Source of the DNA: Nemertoderma westbladi
Taxonomy: Eukaryota; Animalia; Xenacoelomorpha
Length of the DNA: 64,000 nt
NCBI GenBank assembly: GCA_032718475.1
Contig: JAUCBJ010008717.1
Coordinates: 1 to 64,000 of the forward strand
Direction: 5' to 3'
A program made the translations under genes and the position numbers. The notes beneath the pieces were generated by a model that saw only the letters and a list, made by a program, of their open reading frames with translations, was not told the DNA's origin and searched no databases. Of the stretch, positions 24,273-37,379 are shown one piece after another. Every line of letters starts with the position of its first letter. Within the stretch, counting starts at the first letter, position 1.

Positions 24273-27200
24273 CAACAACGAGAGAAAGCCGCCCCAATAT
24301 TAGATTATAACAACAACGAGAGAAAGCCGCCCCAATATTAGATTATAACAACAACGAGAGAAAGCCGCCCCAATATTAGATTATAACAACAACGAAAGAA
24401 AGCCGCCCCAATATTAGATTATAACAACAACGAGAGAAAGCCGCCCCAATATTAGATTATAACAACAACTAGAGAAAGCCGCCCCAATATTAGATTATAA
24501 CAACAACGCGAGAAAGCCGCCCCAATATTAGATTATAACAACAACGAAAGAAAGCCGTCCCAATATTAGATTATAACAACAACGAGAGAAAGCCGCCCCA
24601 ATATTAGATTATAACAATAACGAGAGAAAGCCGCCCCAATATTAGATTATAACAACAACGAAAGAAAGCCGCCCCAATATTAGATTATAACAACAACGAG
24701 AGAAAGCCGCCCCAATATTAGATTATAACAACAACGAGAGAAAGCCGCCCCAATATTAGATTATAACAATAACGAGAGAAAGCCGCCCCAATATTAGATT
24801 ATAACAACAACGAAAGAAAGCCGCCCCAATATTAGATTATAACAACAACGAGAGAAAGCCGCCCCAATATTAGATTATAACAACAACGAGAGAAAGCCGC
24901 CCCAATATTAGATTATAATAACAACGAAAGAAAGCCGCCCCAATATTAGATTATAACAACAACGAGAGAAAGCCACCCCAATATTAGATTATAACAACAA
25001 CGAGAGAAAGCCGCCCCAATATTAGATTATAACAATAACGAGAGAAACCCGCCCCAATATTAGATTATAACTATAACGAAAGAAAGCCGCCCCAATATTA
25101 GATTATAACAACAACGAGAGAAAGCCTCCCCAATATTAGATTATAAAAATAACGAGAGAAAGCCGCCCCAATATTAGATTATAACAACAACGAGAGAAAG
25201 CCGCCCCAATATTAGATTATAACAACGAGAGAAAGCCGCCCCAATATTAGATTATAACAACAACGAGAGAAAGCCGTCCCAATATTAGATTATAACAACA
25301 ACGAGAGAAAGCCGTCCCAATATTAGATTATAACAACAACGAGAGAAAGCCTCCCCAATATTAGATTATAAAAATAACGAGAGAAAGCCGCCCCAATATT
25401 AGATTATAACAACAACGAGAGAAAGCCGCCCCAATATTAGATTATAACAACGAGAGAAAGCCGCCCCAATATTAGATTATAACAACAACGAGAGAAAGCC
25501 GTCCCAATATTAGATTATAACAACAACGAGAGAAAGCCGTCCCAATATTAGATTATAACAACGAGAGAAAGCCGCCCCAATATTAGATTATAACAACAAC
25601 GAGAGAAAGCCGCCCCAATATTAGATTATAAAAATAACGAGAGAAAGCCGCCCCAATATTAGATTATAACAACAACGAAAGAAAGCCGTCCCAATATTAG
25701 ATTATAACAACAACGAGAGAAAGCCGTCCCAATATTAGATTATAACAACGAGAGAAAGCCGCCCCAATATTAGATTATAAAAATAACGAGAGAAAGCCGC
25801 CCCAATATTAGATTATAACAACAACGAAAGAAAGCCGTCCCAATATTAGATTATAACAACAACGAGAGAAAGCCGTCCCAATATTAGATTATAACAACGA
25901 GAGAAAGCCGCCCCAATATTAGATTATAACAACAACGAGAGAAAGCCGTCCCAATATTAGATTATAACAACAACGAGAGAAAGCCGTCCCAATATTAGAT
26001 TATAACAACGAGAGAAAGCCGCCCCAATATTAGATTATAACAACAACGAGAGAAAGCCGTCCCAATATTAGATTATAACAACGAGAGAAAGCCGCCCCAA
26101 TATTAGATTATAACAACAACGAGAGAAAGCCGTCCCAATATTAGATTATAACAACGAGAGAAAGCCGCCCCAATATTAGATTATAACAACAACGAGAGAA
26201 AGCCGTCCCAATATTAGATTATAACAACGAGAGAAAGCCGCCCCAATATTAGATTATAACAACAACGAAAGAAAGCCGCCCCAATATTAGATTATAACAA
26301 CAACGAGAGAAAGCCGCCCCAATATTAGATTATAACAACAACGAGAGAAAGCCGCCCCAATATTAGATTATAACAACAACGAAAGAAAGCCGCCCCAATA
26401 TTAGATTATAACAACAACGAGAGAAAGCCACCCCAATATTAGATTATAACAACAACGAGAGAAAGCCGCCCCAATATTAGATTATAACAATAACGAGAGA
26501 AACCCGCCCCAATATTAGATTATAACTATAACGAAAGAAAGCCGCCCCAATATTAGATTATAACAACAACGAGAGAAAGCCGCCCCAATATTAGATTATA
26601 ACAACGAGAGAAAGCCGCCCCAATATTAGATTATAACAACAACGAGAGAAAGCCGCCCCAATATTAGATTATAACAACAACGAGAGAAAGCCGCCCCAAT
26701 ATTAGATTATAACAACAACGAGAGAAAGCCGTCCCAATATTAGATTATAACAACAACGAAAGAAAGCCGCCCCAATATTAGATTATAACAACAACGAGAG
26801 AAAGCCACCCCAATATTAGATTATAACAACAACGAGAGAAAGCCGCCCCAATATTAGATTATAACAATAACGAGAGAAACCCGCCCCAATATTAGATTAT
26901 AACAACAACGAGAGAAAGCCGTCCCAATATTAGATTATAACAACGAGAGAAAGCCGCCCCAATATTAGATTATAACAACAACGAAAGAAAGCCGCCCCAA
27001 TATTAGATTATAACAACAACGAGAGAAAGCCGTCCCAATATTAGATTATAACAACGAGAGAAAGCCGCCCCAATATTAGATTATAACAACAACGAAAGAA
27101 AGCCGCCCCAATATTAGATTATAACAACGAGAGAAAGCCGCCCCAATATTAGATTATAACAACAACGAGAGAAAGCCGTCCCAATATTAGATTATAACAA

Positions 27201-29945
27201 CGAGAGAAAGCCGCCCCAATATTAGATTATAACAACAACGAAAGAAAGCCGCCCCAATATTAGATTATAACAACAACGAGAGAAAGCCGCCCCAATATTA
27301 GATTATAACAACAACGAGAGAAAGCCGCCCCAATATTAGATTATAACAACGAGAGAAAGCCGCCCCAATATTAGATTATAACAACAACGAAAGAAAGCCG
27401 TCCCAATATTAGATTATAACAACGAGAGAAAGCCGCCCCAATATTAGATTATAACAACAACGAAAGAAAGCCGCCCCAATATTAGATTATAACAACAACG
27501 AGAGAAAGCCGTCCCAATATTAGATTATAACAACGAGAGAAAGCCGCCCCAATATTAGATTATAACAACAACGAAAGAAAGCCGCCCCAATATTAGATTA
27601 TAACAACGAGAGAAAGCCGCCCCAATATTAGATTATAACAACAACGAGAGAAAGCCGTCCCAATATTAGATTATAACAACGAGAGAAAGCCGCCCCAATA
27701 TTAGATTATAACAACAACGAAAGAAAGCCGCCCCAATATTAGATTATAACAACAACGAGAGAAAGCAGCCCCAATATTAGATTATAACAACAACGAGAGA
27801 AAGCCGCCCCAATATTAGATTATAACAACAACGAGAGAAAGCCGCCCCAATATTAGATTATAACAACAACGAAAGAAAGCCGCCCCAATATTAGATTATA
27901 ACAACGAGAGAAAGCCGCCCCAATATTAGATTATAACAACAACGAGAGAAAGCCGTCCCAATATTAGATTATAACAACGAGAGAAAGCCGCCCCAATATT
28001 AGATTATAACAACAACGAAAGAAAGCCGCCCCAATATTAGATTATAACAACAACGAGAGAAAGCCGCCCCAATATTAGATTATAACAACAACGAGAGAAA
28101 GCCGCCCCAATATTAGATTATAACAACAACGAAAGAAAGCCGCCCCAATATTAGATTATAACAACAACGAGAGAAAGCCACCCCAATATTAGATTATAAC
28201 AACAACGAGAGAAAGCCGCCCCAATATTAGATTATAACAATAACGAGAGAAACCCGCCCCAATATTAGATTATAACTATAACGAAAGAAAGCCGCCCCAA
28301 TATTAGATTATAACAACAACGAGAGAAAGCCGCCCCAATATTAGATTATAACAACGAGAGAAAGCCGCCCCAATATTAGATTATAACAACAACGAGAGAA
28401 AGCCGTCCCAATATTAGATTATAACAACAACGAGAGAAAGCCGTCCCAATATTAGATTATAACAACAACGAGAGAAAGCCGTCCCAATATTGGATTATAA
28501 CAACGAGAGAAAGCCGCCCCAATATTAGATTATAACAATAACGAGAGAAAGCCGCCCCAATATTAGATTATAACAACAACGAGAGAAAGCCGTCCCAATA
28601 TTAGATTATAACAACGAGAGAAAGCCGCCCCAATATTAGATTATAACAACAACGTGAGAAAGCCGCCCCAATATTAGATTATAACAATAACGAGAGAAAC
28701 CCGCCCCAATATTAGATTATAACAATAACGAGAGAAACCCGCCCCAATATTAGATTATAACAACAACGAGAGAAAGCCGCCCCAATATTAGATTATAACA
28801 ATAACGAGAGAAAGCCGCCCCAATATTAGATTATAACAATAACGAGAGAAAGCCGCCCCAATATTAGATTATAACAACAACGAGAGAAAGCCGCCCCAAT
28901 ATTAGATTATAACAACAACGAGAGAAAGCCGCCCCAATATTAGATTATAACAATAACGAGAGAAAGCCGCCCCAATATTAGATTATAACAACAACGAGAG
29001 AAAGCCGCCCCAATATTAGATTATAACAATAACGAGAGAAACCCGCCCCAATATTAGATTATAACAACAACGAGAGAAAGCCGCCCCAATATTAGATTAT
29101 AACAACAACGAGAGAAAGCCGCCCCAATATTAGATTATAACAACAACGAAAGAAACCCGCCCCAATATTAGATTATAAAAATAACGAGAGAAAGCCGCCA
29201 CAATATTAGATTATAAAAATAACGAGAGAAAGCCGCCCCAATATTAGATTATAACAACAACGAAAGAAAGCCGCCCCAATATTAGATTATAACAACAACG
29301 AAAGAAACCCGCCCCAATATTAGATTATAAAAATAACGAGAGAAAGCCGCCACAATATTAGATTATAAAAATAACGAGAGAAAGCCGCCCCAATATTAGA
29401 TTATAACAACAACGAAAGAAAGCCGCCCCAATATTAGATTATAACAACAACGAGAGAAAGCCGCCCCAATATTAGATTATAAAAATAACGAGAGAAAGCC
29501 GCCACAATATTAGATTATAAAAATAACGAGAGAAAGCCGCCCCAATATTAGATTATAACAACAACGAAAGAAAGCCGCCCCAATATTAGATTATGACAAC
29601 AACGAGAGAAAGCCGCCCCAATATTAGATTATAAAAATAACGAGAGAAAGCCGCCCCAATATTAGATTATAAAAATAACGAGAGAAAGCCGCCCCAATAT
29701 TAGATTATAACAACAACGAAAGAAAGCCGCCCCAATATTAGATTATAACAACAACGAGAGAAAGCCTCCCCAATATTAGATTATAAAAATAACGAGAGAA
29801 AGCCGCCCCAATATTAGATTATAAAAATAACGAGAGAAAGCCGCCCCAATATTAGATTATAACAACAACGAGAGAAAGCCGCCCCAATATTAGATTATAA
29901 AAATAACGAGAGAAAGCCGCCCCAATATTAGATTATTACAACAAC
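24273..29945. repeat. 38-bp satellite array (~5.7 kb, about 150 copies, with 35-bp variants)
   Basis: CAACAACGAGAGAAAGCCGCCCCAATATTAGATTATAA head to tail, no unique spacers. Confidence 0.98.
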
Positions 29946-32317
29946 ATATCCATTGGGTAAGAAAGTGGAGGAGAGCCAGCCCGACTCTCAATTTTTTAGT
30001 TTATATTACGCGATCAATTTTCACTCATCTCGTCATGAACCCAACATGTATGTAACCTTTTGTTAAATTTGTTGGCTATGCGTTTGCGGCTGTTTGGGCG
30101 GAGTGTGGTAGGCCTACACTTTTCACACTTAAATATTTTGGTTGTGAAATGTTACAGGGCATAGCGATCTGAGATATTTCATTTATATTTTATTATGAGA
30201 GGAAGAAGAACATACAACGTTATTTACTATATATGTAACAAAATAATTGTTTTCGGGTTTAACTTGGAAGCCTCCCCAAATAGTTGATATACAATTATAT
30301 TTAAAATTATTTCCATGGTCATGGTCATTCACCCGTCTTAGTTAGAAATTTGTTTGCATGAAAGACAGTTTAGTTTACATATCAAAGGGGGAAGTTTGGA
30401 TTCACTGCATAAATGCAGTTCACCAAACTTCCCCCGAATGCACACTGTAACTTCCCCCTTCCCCCAAATATCCACTGTTGAATTAATTTGAAGCGATATA
30501 ATAAGTACAACATTGTGCGAGTTTTTAATTGTGTGGTCCATTTGTTATTTGATCTCTATTTATTATTTAAAGTGCATTTAATATCACACTGGTTTTTAGA
30601 ATATTACAACCTTATGTTTTATTAATTTACCCAATCGAAGCCTCATAAGGGCCGGTTATTTGTACGCATATCCCCTAATGCGCTCAGTAAGGTCCAAACA
30701 ACATATTAATATGAAAATAAAGTATCTGCAAAGAAAAGAATCCAATACTATATAATTTGACCTTATTAAAAAATTTGCACTTTTGCACACTTATTTGTAC
30801 AAGTGCACTTTAGCAGATTGTAATGGTGGCTCTTATTTAACAAACTTATGTTTATCCTCTACCGATCTACGATGGTGTATGATCAAGTGTCAGTCGCTAA
30901 AAGTGTCAAAAATCTAATTTAATAAATCTGGACCTTTGCGATTTTGGACCCTATTCATGGACATTTTAAGTCACTTTATAGACATAAAAAGATAAACAAC
31001 TGTTATGATTATAGTTAGAAATCACTCCAAAATACATTTTAATCCAAAAAATAACATTCTATGATGAATAGAACTGGAAATAATAGTGTTTGAAATATAG
31101 AAAAAATGTGCACTATTTAAGTGCATTATGCACTAAGTGCACATGCGTTTTTCCCAAGTTTTATCCTATTACACACACTACAATCTATCCTCTATCCAAT
31201 GAAAAAAGTTTCAGATCAAACGGCCCAGTAGAACCGAAGTTATTGATGTTTAAAAATAGTCACTCGAAAATTTCAAATGCTCTTGGTCACGTAGTCTAGT
31301 ATCAATCACGTTAATGAAACCTAAGTTCGCGGGTACGAAATCCAATATTGACCATTTTTAATTTTATGCGAAAAAAAAATTATTTTTATTTTTTTCACTA
31401 AAATCGCTCTAACTTCGGTTCTGATGGTCCAAATTAAATAAAATTGGTATATTCTTTGCCGTAATTTGTTTTCTATCTTTTGAGAGGGGGTCATTTTTGG
31501 CCCCAAAAAAAATTAAAAAAAAGGGCCAAAATGACGCGATATTTTTCGAACCTTAAAATTCGTAATTTTAATTATAAATGTTAAGAAAAAAGATAGCGGA
31601 CGTAATTTGCTACATTTTACAGGTAGATTTGGCGCAAAAAGCTAAATTATAATAGAGTAGCGAATTTTTAAGAATAATTTTTTTAATATTATATTTCATA
31701 CGATGGTCTGCCGCTCCAGTTGTATAATAGCTACGGCACTGTAACTAACGCTGAAAGATAGATAATTTTACGCACTAAAAGTCTGTGTAAACAAATCTCC
31801 TATAAGTTAAGTAGTTTTCGAGATAGACGATTTCTCGCAAAGCGAGTTTAAAGTGCGAAATTTTAATTTTGGCCCTCATTTTTTTAATAACGTCCGCCGA
31901 GCAAAACCGATAGCATATATGAATTCCCCGTATCAATATTGACCGTATTGAATCTACCTCAACCAACAAAAGTCAAAAATAAAAAGTTATTCGATAAAAA
32001 CTATTTTACAAATTCTGGCCCTTTTTGGCCCCTATTGCCGACATATTTTTTGGACCCACATTCGATAGGAACGTAGCCCCAATGGTCTTCTACGAGTTTC
32101 ATAAAAGAATTAGTGGATTCGTACCCACGTTGTCGAATTAAACACTTCTGAAATAAAATTTCGAAAAAAGACGGACAAAAACGTACAAATTTACGGGCCC
32201 TTTTTGCACCCGAAATTTTAATAAATATCTTACCCCCATTCGATACGAAGGTAGACCCACTCTTCCTCGTTGCAACCGCGCTACTTTCGTTCCTGTACGT
32301 TAAATAGTAGCCGAGTT

Positions 32318-32670
32318 ACCTATGCCGTAGTAGATGCCGATTGGGGGGTGAAAATTAAGTAATAATATATCTAAATAAGCCTCAAACATCTTGCCTCATG
32401 GCTCGCCCCTTAGAACTCTTAAGCAATATAACTTCATAGTTTTGCGGATTGTAAATAACAAAGCTAGAGAAGATGTTAATTTTCAAATAATACGCCCTCT
32501 AGCGGCAGACAGGGGAACTTCAGACTACTCTATGTCTCCTCAAAAGATATGGCCTATGCCGTAGTAGATGCCTACCGAGTTTAAACCTATTCGGAATGAA
32601 AATAGCAAAGTTAGAGAAGATGTTAATTTTCAGATCATACGCCCTCTAGCGGCAGACTATGGAACTGCAG
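32318..32670. repeat. Imperfect local direct duplication
   Basis: CCTATGCCGTAGTAGATGCC and AGAGAAGATGTTAATTTTCA...TACGCCCTCTAGCGGCAGAC each occur twice. Confidence 0.7.
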
Positions 32671-33046
32671 ACGGCTGGATATAGGTAAGAGTAATTAGTA
32701 ATCAGAGGTGTCACGAGAGGGGGCGGGGCGCTTGGATACAACTATTATTAATAAGCTGTTGCTTGGTTAAAGCTAATTGGGGGTTAAAGGTCAACGATAA
32801 AGCTGTCTGGATATAGATAAGAGTAATTAGTTACCAGTAAGGGAGCTGTATACCCTATGTCTGAGTATAACGAGATGAAAGTCAATGAGGTCATATAGAA
32901 ACCAATGTATAAAACTAATCATTCGTAAATCGAAAATTAAATACAAATAAATAAAGTAAAAATAAATACAAATATTTAATTAAAATTAAGTGCAAATAAA
33001 TAAGTATTAATAAATAAAAGAGCTGCGGTGTCACTTATGACACCCT

Positions 33047-33335
33047 CTTGGGCCTCTAGGCGACAGTTGGACATCACTGGCACCATTGCGTATCGGATTG
33101 ATAAATTAGGATAATCAATTAAACCCTAATTAGGAGTCGTACGACACCTATTAGGGTTTAATTGTTCTAATTAATTGATGACACCGGTCAATTAGGGTCT
33201 AATTAGCCTAATTAGGAAGTGTCACCCAGACAGTCTGGCGCCAATGACACCCAATGACACATTGGGTGTCATTGGGCGTCACCCAGACAGTCTGGCGCCA
33301 GTCAGTGAGGTCCAACTGTCGCCGAGCCGCCCAAG
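33047..33335. mobile_element. 289-bp MITE-like element
   Basis: Imperfect ~35-bp TIRs (CTTGGGC..GGCGACAGTTGGACATCACTG / CAGTGAGGTCCAACTGTCGCC..GCCCAAG), flanked by a 5-bp direct repeat ACCCT; internal GTCACCCAGACAGTCTGGCGCCA duplication. Confidence 0.6.
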
Positions 33336-33899
33336 ACCCTACTACTCACTAGGCCTACTGAAGGCCATTTTCGTTGAGGCGTTTTTTCGCGCTTTTAGCC
33401 GCGTTTTCTGACACGCTTCCATGATACTTTTCCTTTGGAACCCAGAATTCACTATAAATACGAAGAATAACGGCGCAACTGGTGCAATATAATATCGACA
33501 CTAAAATAAAGACACTATATTCAGGAATGGTGTAGGAATGTTAAGGTTCTAATTTTAATTTATTTTGATATACTTGACTTGACATGCTAGACTTGACAGC
33601 AGCACTACCACCCCCCATCATAATACCGTCCCAGGCCTAGAATCCGAATATTTACCAACTCGCAGGGTTGGCAAATCAGCGTACTTAATGACGTCGCTAT
33701 ATTGTGCTACATAAAACGTTCTAGAATGCCATTGGCTGGACTCCAGAAAAATCGGCTATTATAATATTATGAAATTGGTTTTCCTGAAGATTACTTAGAT
33801 GATTGACACTTATCGGGCTTTTCGTAATAGCTGATGGTTCCTGTGGGAGCATTATTGGCACATCTTAGTTAAATCAACCTGCAATTGATGAGGTAGGTT

Positions 33900-34219
33900 A
33901 GTAGTATAGGAAGCTATGATACTCAGCCATGGTCACCCGTAGTCCATCATTACCATCCATTTTTGGTACTGCAGCCAATCAGAAGCCACCATTTCAACCT
34001 TTAGCGGTGGTCGTTATTATTTCAACCAATCAGATGTCAGCATTTCATCCGTAACCATGGTAACTTCTCAAGTTCCCGCATCTTCCGCTAGAGGCGTTAT
34101 TAGTCACCCAACGCTAGTACTGCATCCAATCACCAACCTTTATTTTACAGGTGTTCGGGTGTCTACACTTAGCATCAGGTAACTTCTACTATTTTTCAAA
34201 TCGCAATTTTTCACCAACC
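33900..34219 (+). repeat. Left TIR of the Polinton
   Basis: Reverse complement of 51420-51739; contains several CCAAT boxes. Confidence 0.95.
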
Positions 34220-34779
34220 ATTACATATTCATCTTCACATAGCCTAACCTCACGATGCATGGCTAGCCCCCATCCCATCGCTACTCAATCCACAGCTGTT
34301 ACCCACCCAACCACCCAACCAATCAACGGCGATGTTTGCCTAACCCTACGGTTATTCACCTTTTCACCACGTTACCACCACTGCCACGCAACCAACCACT
34401 GTATACTGTATATGCTGACAACGTGGCCACCAACTACACGCATCATGCAGATATTATATTGATTGCCAACTCCACGACGGCTGTCACCAAATCAACAAAC
34501 CAAGCAGTATGATACATGAGATTCCGTCAGGTTCCAGCTACGCGTATACGAGCATTAGTGATTATTACGCAATAATTTTTTTGTTTATACAGTAGTTCCC
34601 TACCAGCTAATCAACCAATCAATAAACCGAATTTAGGCTATTTCTCAGTTTAAGACCTGTATTATTTTTGAAAATATCTTATATAATCTCTCGCTTTAAT
34701 CGCAATTAATCATTTGTAATGGTTTTAGTTTAAAAGTTTTTACTTTGTTTGTTTGATTTACAATAAAATAAATTAAATA

Positions 34780-35226
34780 ATGTCTTCTGATTCCGATATG
34801 GTTATGCCAATGGTAAGGCATTCATTTTTTGCAGAAGATGGTCAAGCCTATATTGTTATTGATTATACAATTTACCGTCAGGGAGATGATAAATATAAAA
34901 TTGAGTTTTCTGAAAAAGCCAGGAAAGTTTTAAGCTCAATCGATATTGATGCTTCAGATAATAGTATTCATCTTTTAGATTACAACCTGAAAGCTGAGCA
35001 AGGGGGAGGAAAATTAACCAGCATCTTACTATTAGCCATGATAGAAGGATTTATTTTTATTACACAATACAACGAAGCTGGTGAAAAGTTTGAAATACGG
35101 CTAAATCGACATAGCCCCTACGAAATTATGTCTTTCTTTATTGTAATGATTTCAAAAGAATCCTTTATCGAACCTGAAGAATCAGCGGATAATGTTGAAT
35201 ATGTTGATAATATCATTGATTCTTGA
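34780..35226 (+). CDS. Polinton hypothetical acidic protein (148 aa)
   Basis: ATG-initiated ORF in AT-rich DNA; no motif recognised. Confidence 0.6.
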   Translation: MSSDSDMVMPMVRHSFFAEDGQAYIVIDYTIYRQGDDKYKIEFSEKARKVLSSIDIDASDNSIHLLDYNLKAEQGGGKLTSILLLAMIEGFIFITQYNEAGEKFEIRLNRHSPYEIMSFFIVMISKESFIEPEESADNVEYVDNIIDS

Positions 35227-35395
35227 CTTTTCCCTCTATATTATAAATATTTTATGATTATATATAAAATTTTGTTGTTTTTAAATAATCGAAAATTGTA
35301 GTAGTATTTGTATATACTGTATAACAGTTTGTTGTTGTTGTTGTTGTTGTTGTGTATTGTGGTAATTATTTTCAATTTACTTTTAAATTTGGAAA

Positions 35396-35611
35396 ATGGA
35401 TATTTTAAATGAAAAATGCCCAGTTTGCTATTCTAAGTTATTGCAACAACATCGAGATTATTATAAATGTGAAAATAAACATGCAACTTGCGTACAATGT
35501 ATTGTACAATATTCCGAAATGAATAATTATTGTTCTAAAATTTGTCCTATTTGTCGCGCACCCATATCTAAGTTTAATATAAAGTTGGCAAGATACCAAC
35601 CCTTTTATTAG
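35396..35611 (+). CDS. RING-finger protein (possible E3 ligase); frame stays open past the TAG to 35848
   Basis: CPVC-x13-C-x3-H-x2-CVQC-x14-CPICR. Confidence 0.75.
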   Translation: MDILNEKCPVCYSKLLQQHRDYYKCENKHATCVQCIVQYSEMNNYCSKICPICRAPISKFNIKLARYQPFY

Positions 35612-36067
35612 AAAGAGCTTCGCAATATAACTTATATTTCTGCGAAAAGTAATGATCCCGGAGATTTATTTACAATATTGGAGAATATTTTTTATAGAAA
35701 CGTAGTACGGCGCTGTCGCTACTATATTCCTTATTTTTTTAGCAGCGAACATAAAAAAATCATAAGCGCGAAATTCTCGGGAAGTGATTTCCAAACCGCC
35801 GATGTTACCTATCATTATTTCGCGTATAAAGATGCTCACCATGCTTGAAATTACATCGGTCTATACTATAATTGGAAATAGCACCTTTTGCTGCGGCGAT
35901 CGTCACATACTGTAGTTGTGGCATATGTTAATTAAATATACAGTACTCTAATATTATTGTAGTTGCATCAATTATTGTTATATACATAGTAATGGTGTTG
36001 GTTTATTGATATTGATATTGATATTATATTATATTGTATTGTTGATATATCTTAATAATAATAATAA

Positions 36068-36745
36068 ATGGCTGACTTTAATTCAGGCCCATATAATTTA
36101 AACTTTCAAATGGGAACGAGTATGATAATTTCAGGGCCATCTGGCTCCGGAAAGTCAACCTTTGTGGGGAATTTAATTAAACACAAGAATGGCTGCTTCA
36201 ACGAAGCCCCTTTGCGAGTATTGTATTGTTACGGGAGCAATCCCCCGACTATTCCTGGTATTACTCACCTTTACAAAGGTTTGCCTGAAAATATAGATAG
36301 ATTAGTCAATAGTCGAGATTTATTAATTATAGATGATTTGTCAACAGAAACTGAGTCCAGTACAGCATTAACTGTATTGTTTACTAAGGTAGCTCATCAT
36401 TCCAATATATTTATTTGTTTTATAACGCAAAACATGTTTTACGGTGGGAAGCATAACCGCACAAGATCAATTAATAGCCATACTTTAGTATTAATGAAAA
36501 ATCCGAGAGACAGTCTATCGGTTTTAAATTTCGCGAAGCAGATGTTACCAGGGCAGACTAAATTTTTAGTTGATTCCTATCAAGATGCGACAATTGAGCC
36601 ATTTTCACATTTCTTAATTGATTTACGACAGGAAACACCCGAACATTTAAGATTTAGATCTGATATATTTCGTAATCATAATTGTTACATTAAAAATTAC
36701 ACTGACTATAAACGTAGCGAAAATAATAATAATAATGATAAATAA
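36068..36745 (+). CDS. A32/FtsK-like genome packaging ATPase
   Basis: Walker A GPSGSGKS, Walker B LLIIDD, ITQN, KNPRD. Confidence 0.93.
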   Translation: MADFNSGPYNLNFQMGTSMIISGPSGSGKSTFVGNLIKHKNGCFNEAPLRVLYCYGSNPPTIPGITHLYKGLPENIDRLVNSRDLLIIDDLSTETESSTALTVLFTKVAHHSNIFICFITQNMFYGGKHNRTRSINSHTLVLMKNPRDSLSVLNFAKQMLPGQTKFLVDSYQDATIEPFSHFLIDLRQETPEHLRFRSDIFRNHNCYIKNYTDYKRSENNNNNDK

Positions 36746-36782
36746 TTAATATTTTGTAACAATTTTCAATAATGTTGCAACA

Positions 36783-37166
36783 ATGAATAGACTTGTGCAG
36801 AAATATCGTAACGAACTGGAATTTCTACGCAGCGCTACCCCTCAACAAAGAACTTATTTTATTAACCATACCGCCAGTAACGAATTAATACGGCTCATTG
36901 TAAATACTGCATTAAATGTTCTAAAAGGTAATGTACAATTGACCCCTCATTCATTTAGAAATATTCGCCGCTATAAGAAGGTATTGAAATCACTCAACCG
37001 TAAGACAAAAAATATATCAAGTTACAGAAAAAAGTTAAGCAATCAATCTGGAGGCATACTACCGTTTCTAATACCTTTACTCGGCATTGGTGCGAAACTA
37101 GCCGCGAGTGCCGGGGCCGCTGCCGCTGGGGCGGCTATTGCGAAAAAAATTAACCGTGGACGGTAG
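36783..37166 (+). CDS. Small basic virion/core protein with protease site and hydrophobic C-terminal peptide
   Basis: K/R-rich; NQSGG-ILPFLIPLLG pattern typical of Polinton small structural proteins. Confidence 0.7.
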   Translation: MNRLVQKYRNELEFLRSATPQQRTYFINHTASNELIRLIVNTALNVLKGNVQLTPHSFRNIRRYKKVLKSLNRKTKNISSYRKKLSNQSGGILPFLIPLLGIGAKLAASAGAAAAGAAIAKKINRGR

Positions 37167-37171
37167 GTAAT

Positions 37172-37342
37172 AATGGTTAAAACGGGAGTAACATTTAGAA
37201 AATTATATTTAGTATCGAGTAAACCGTTAGCTACTGATTTAAAACCACAAGATATACCTAGAGTAAATACTACAAAAAGAAAACCCTTTAAAACATCAAC
37301 TTCGAAGAAAATAATTAAAAAATTTCAATTGTTCTTACGGTG
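37172..37342 (+). CDS. Small basic ORF (~56 aa) between core protein and integrase
   Basis: MVKTGVTFRKLYLVS...KKFQLFLR; fills the gap in a tightly packed gene block; below the ORF-track cutoff. Confidence 0.35.
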
Positions 37343-37379
37343 ATGCCCTTTATAAGAGATTTGAATATAAATATTACTT

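Noticed and set aside
24273-29945. CRISPR-like array (38-bp period)
   Set aside because: Units are head to tail with no unique spacers, there are no cas genes, and the context is eukaryotic; it is a satellite.
30000-32300. AT-rich stretch resembling a non-autonomous DNA transposon; short ORFs
   Set aside because: No TIR pair, TSD or protein motif could be established.
33347-33899. Outer ~550-bp inverted repeat as the Polinton TIR
   Set aside because: The true ends are defined by AGTAGT/ACTACT and the TAGGTT TSD; the outer repeat belongs to the host foldback.
33894-33899. Telomere (TTAGG)-targeted insertion
   Set aside because: Only one TAGGTT hexamer and no telomeric array; a single site cannot show preference.
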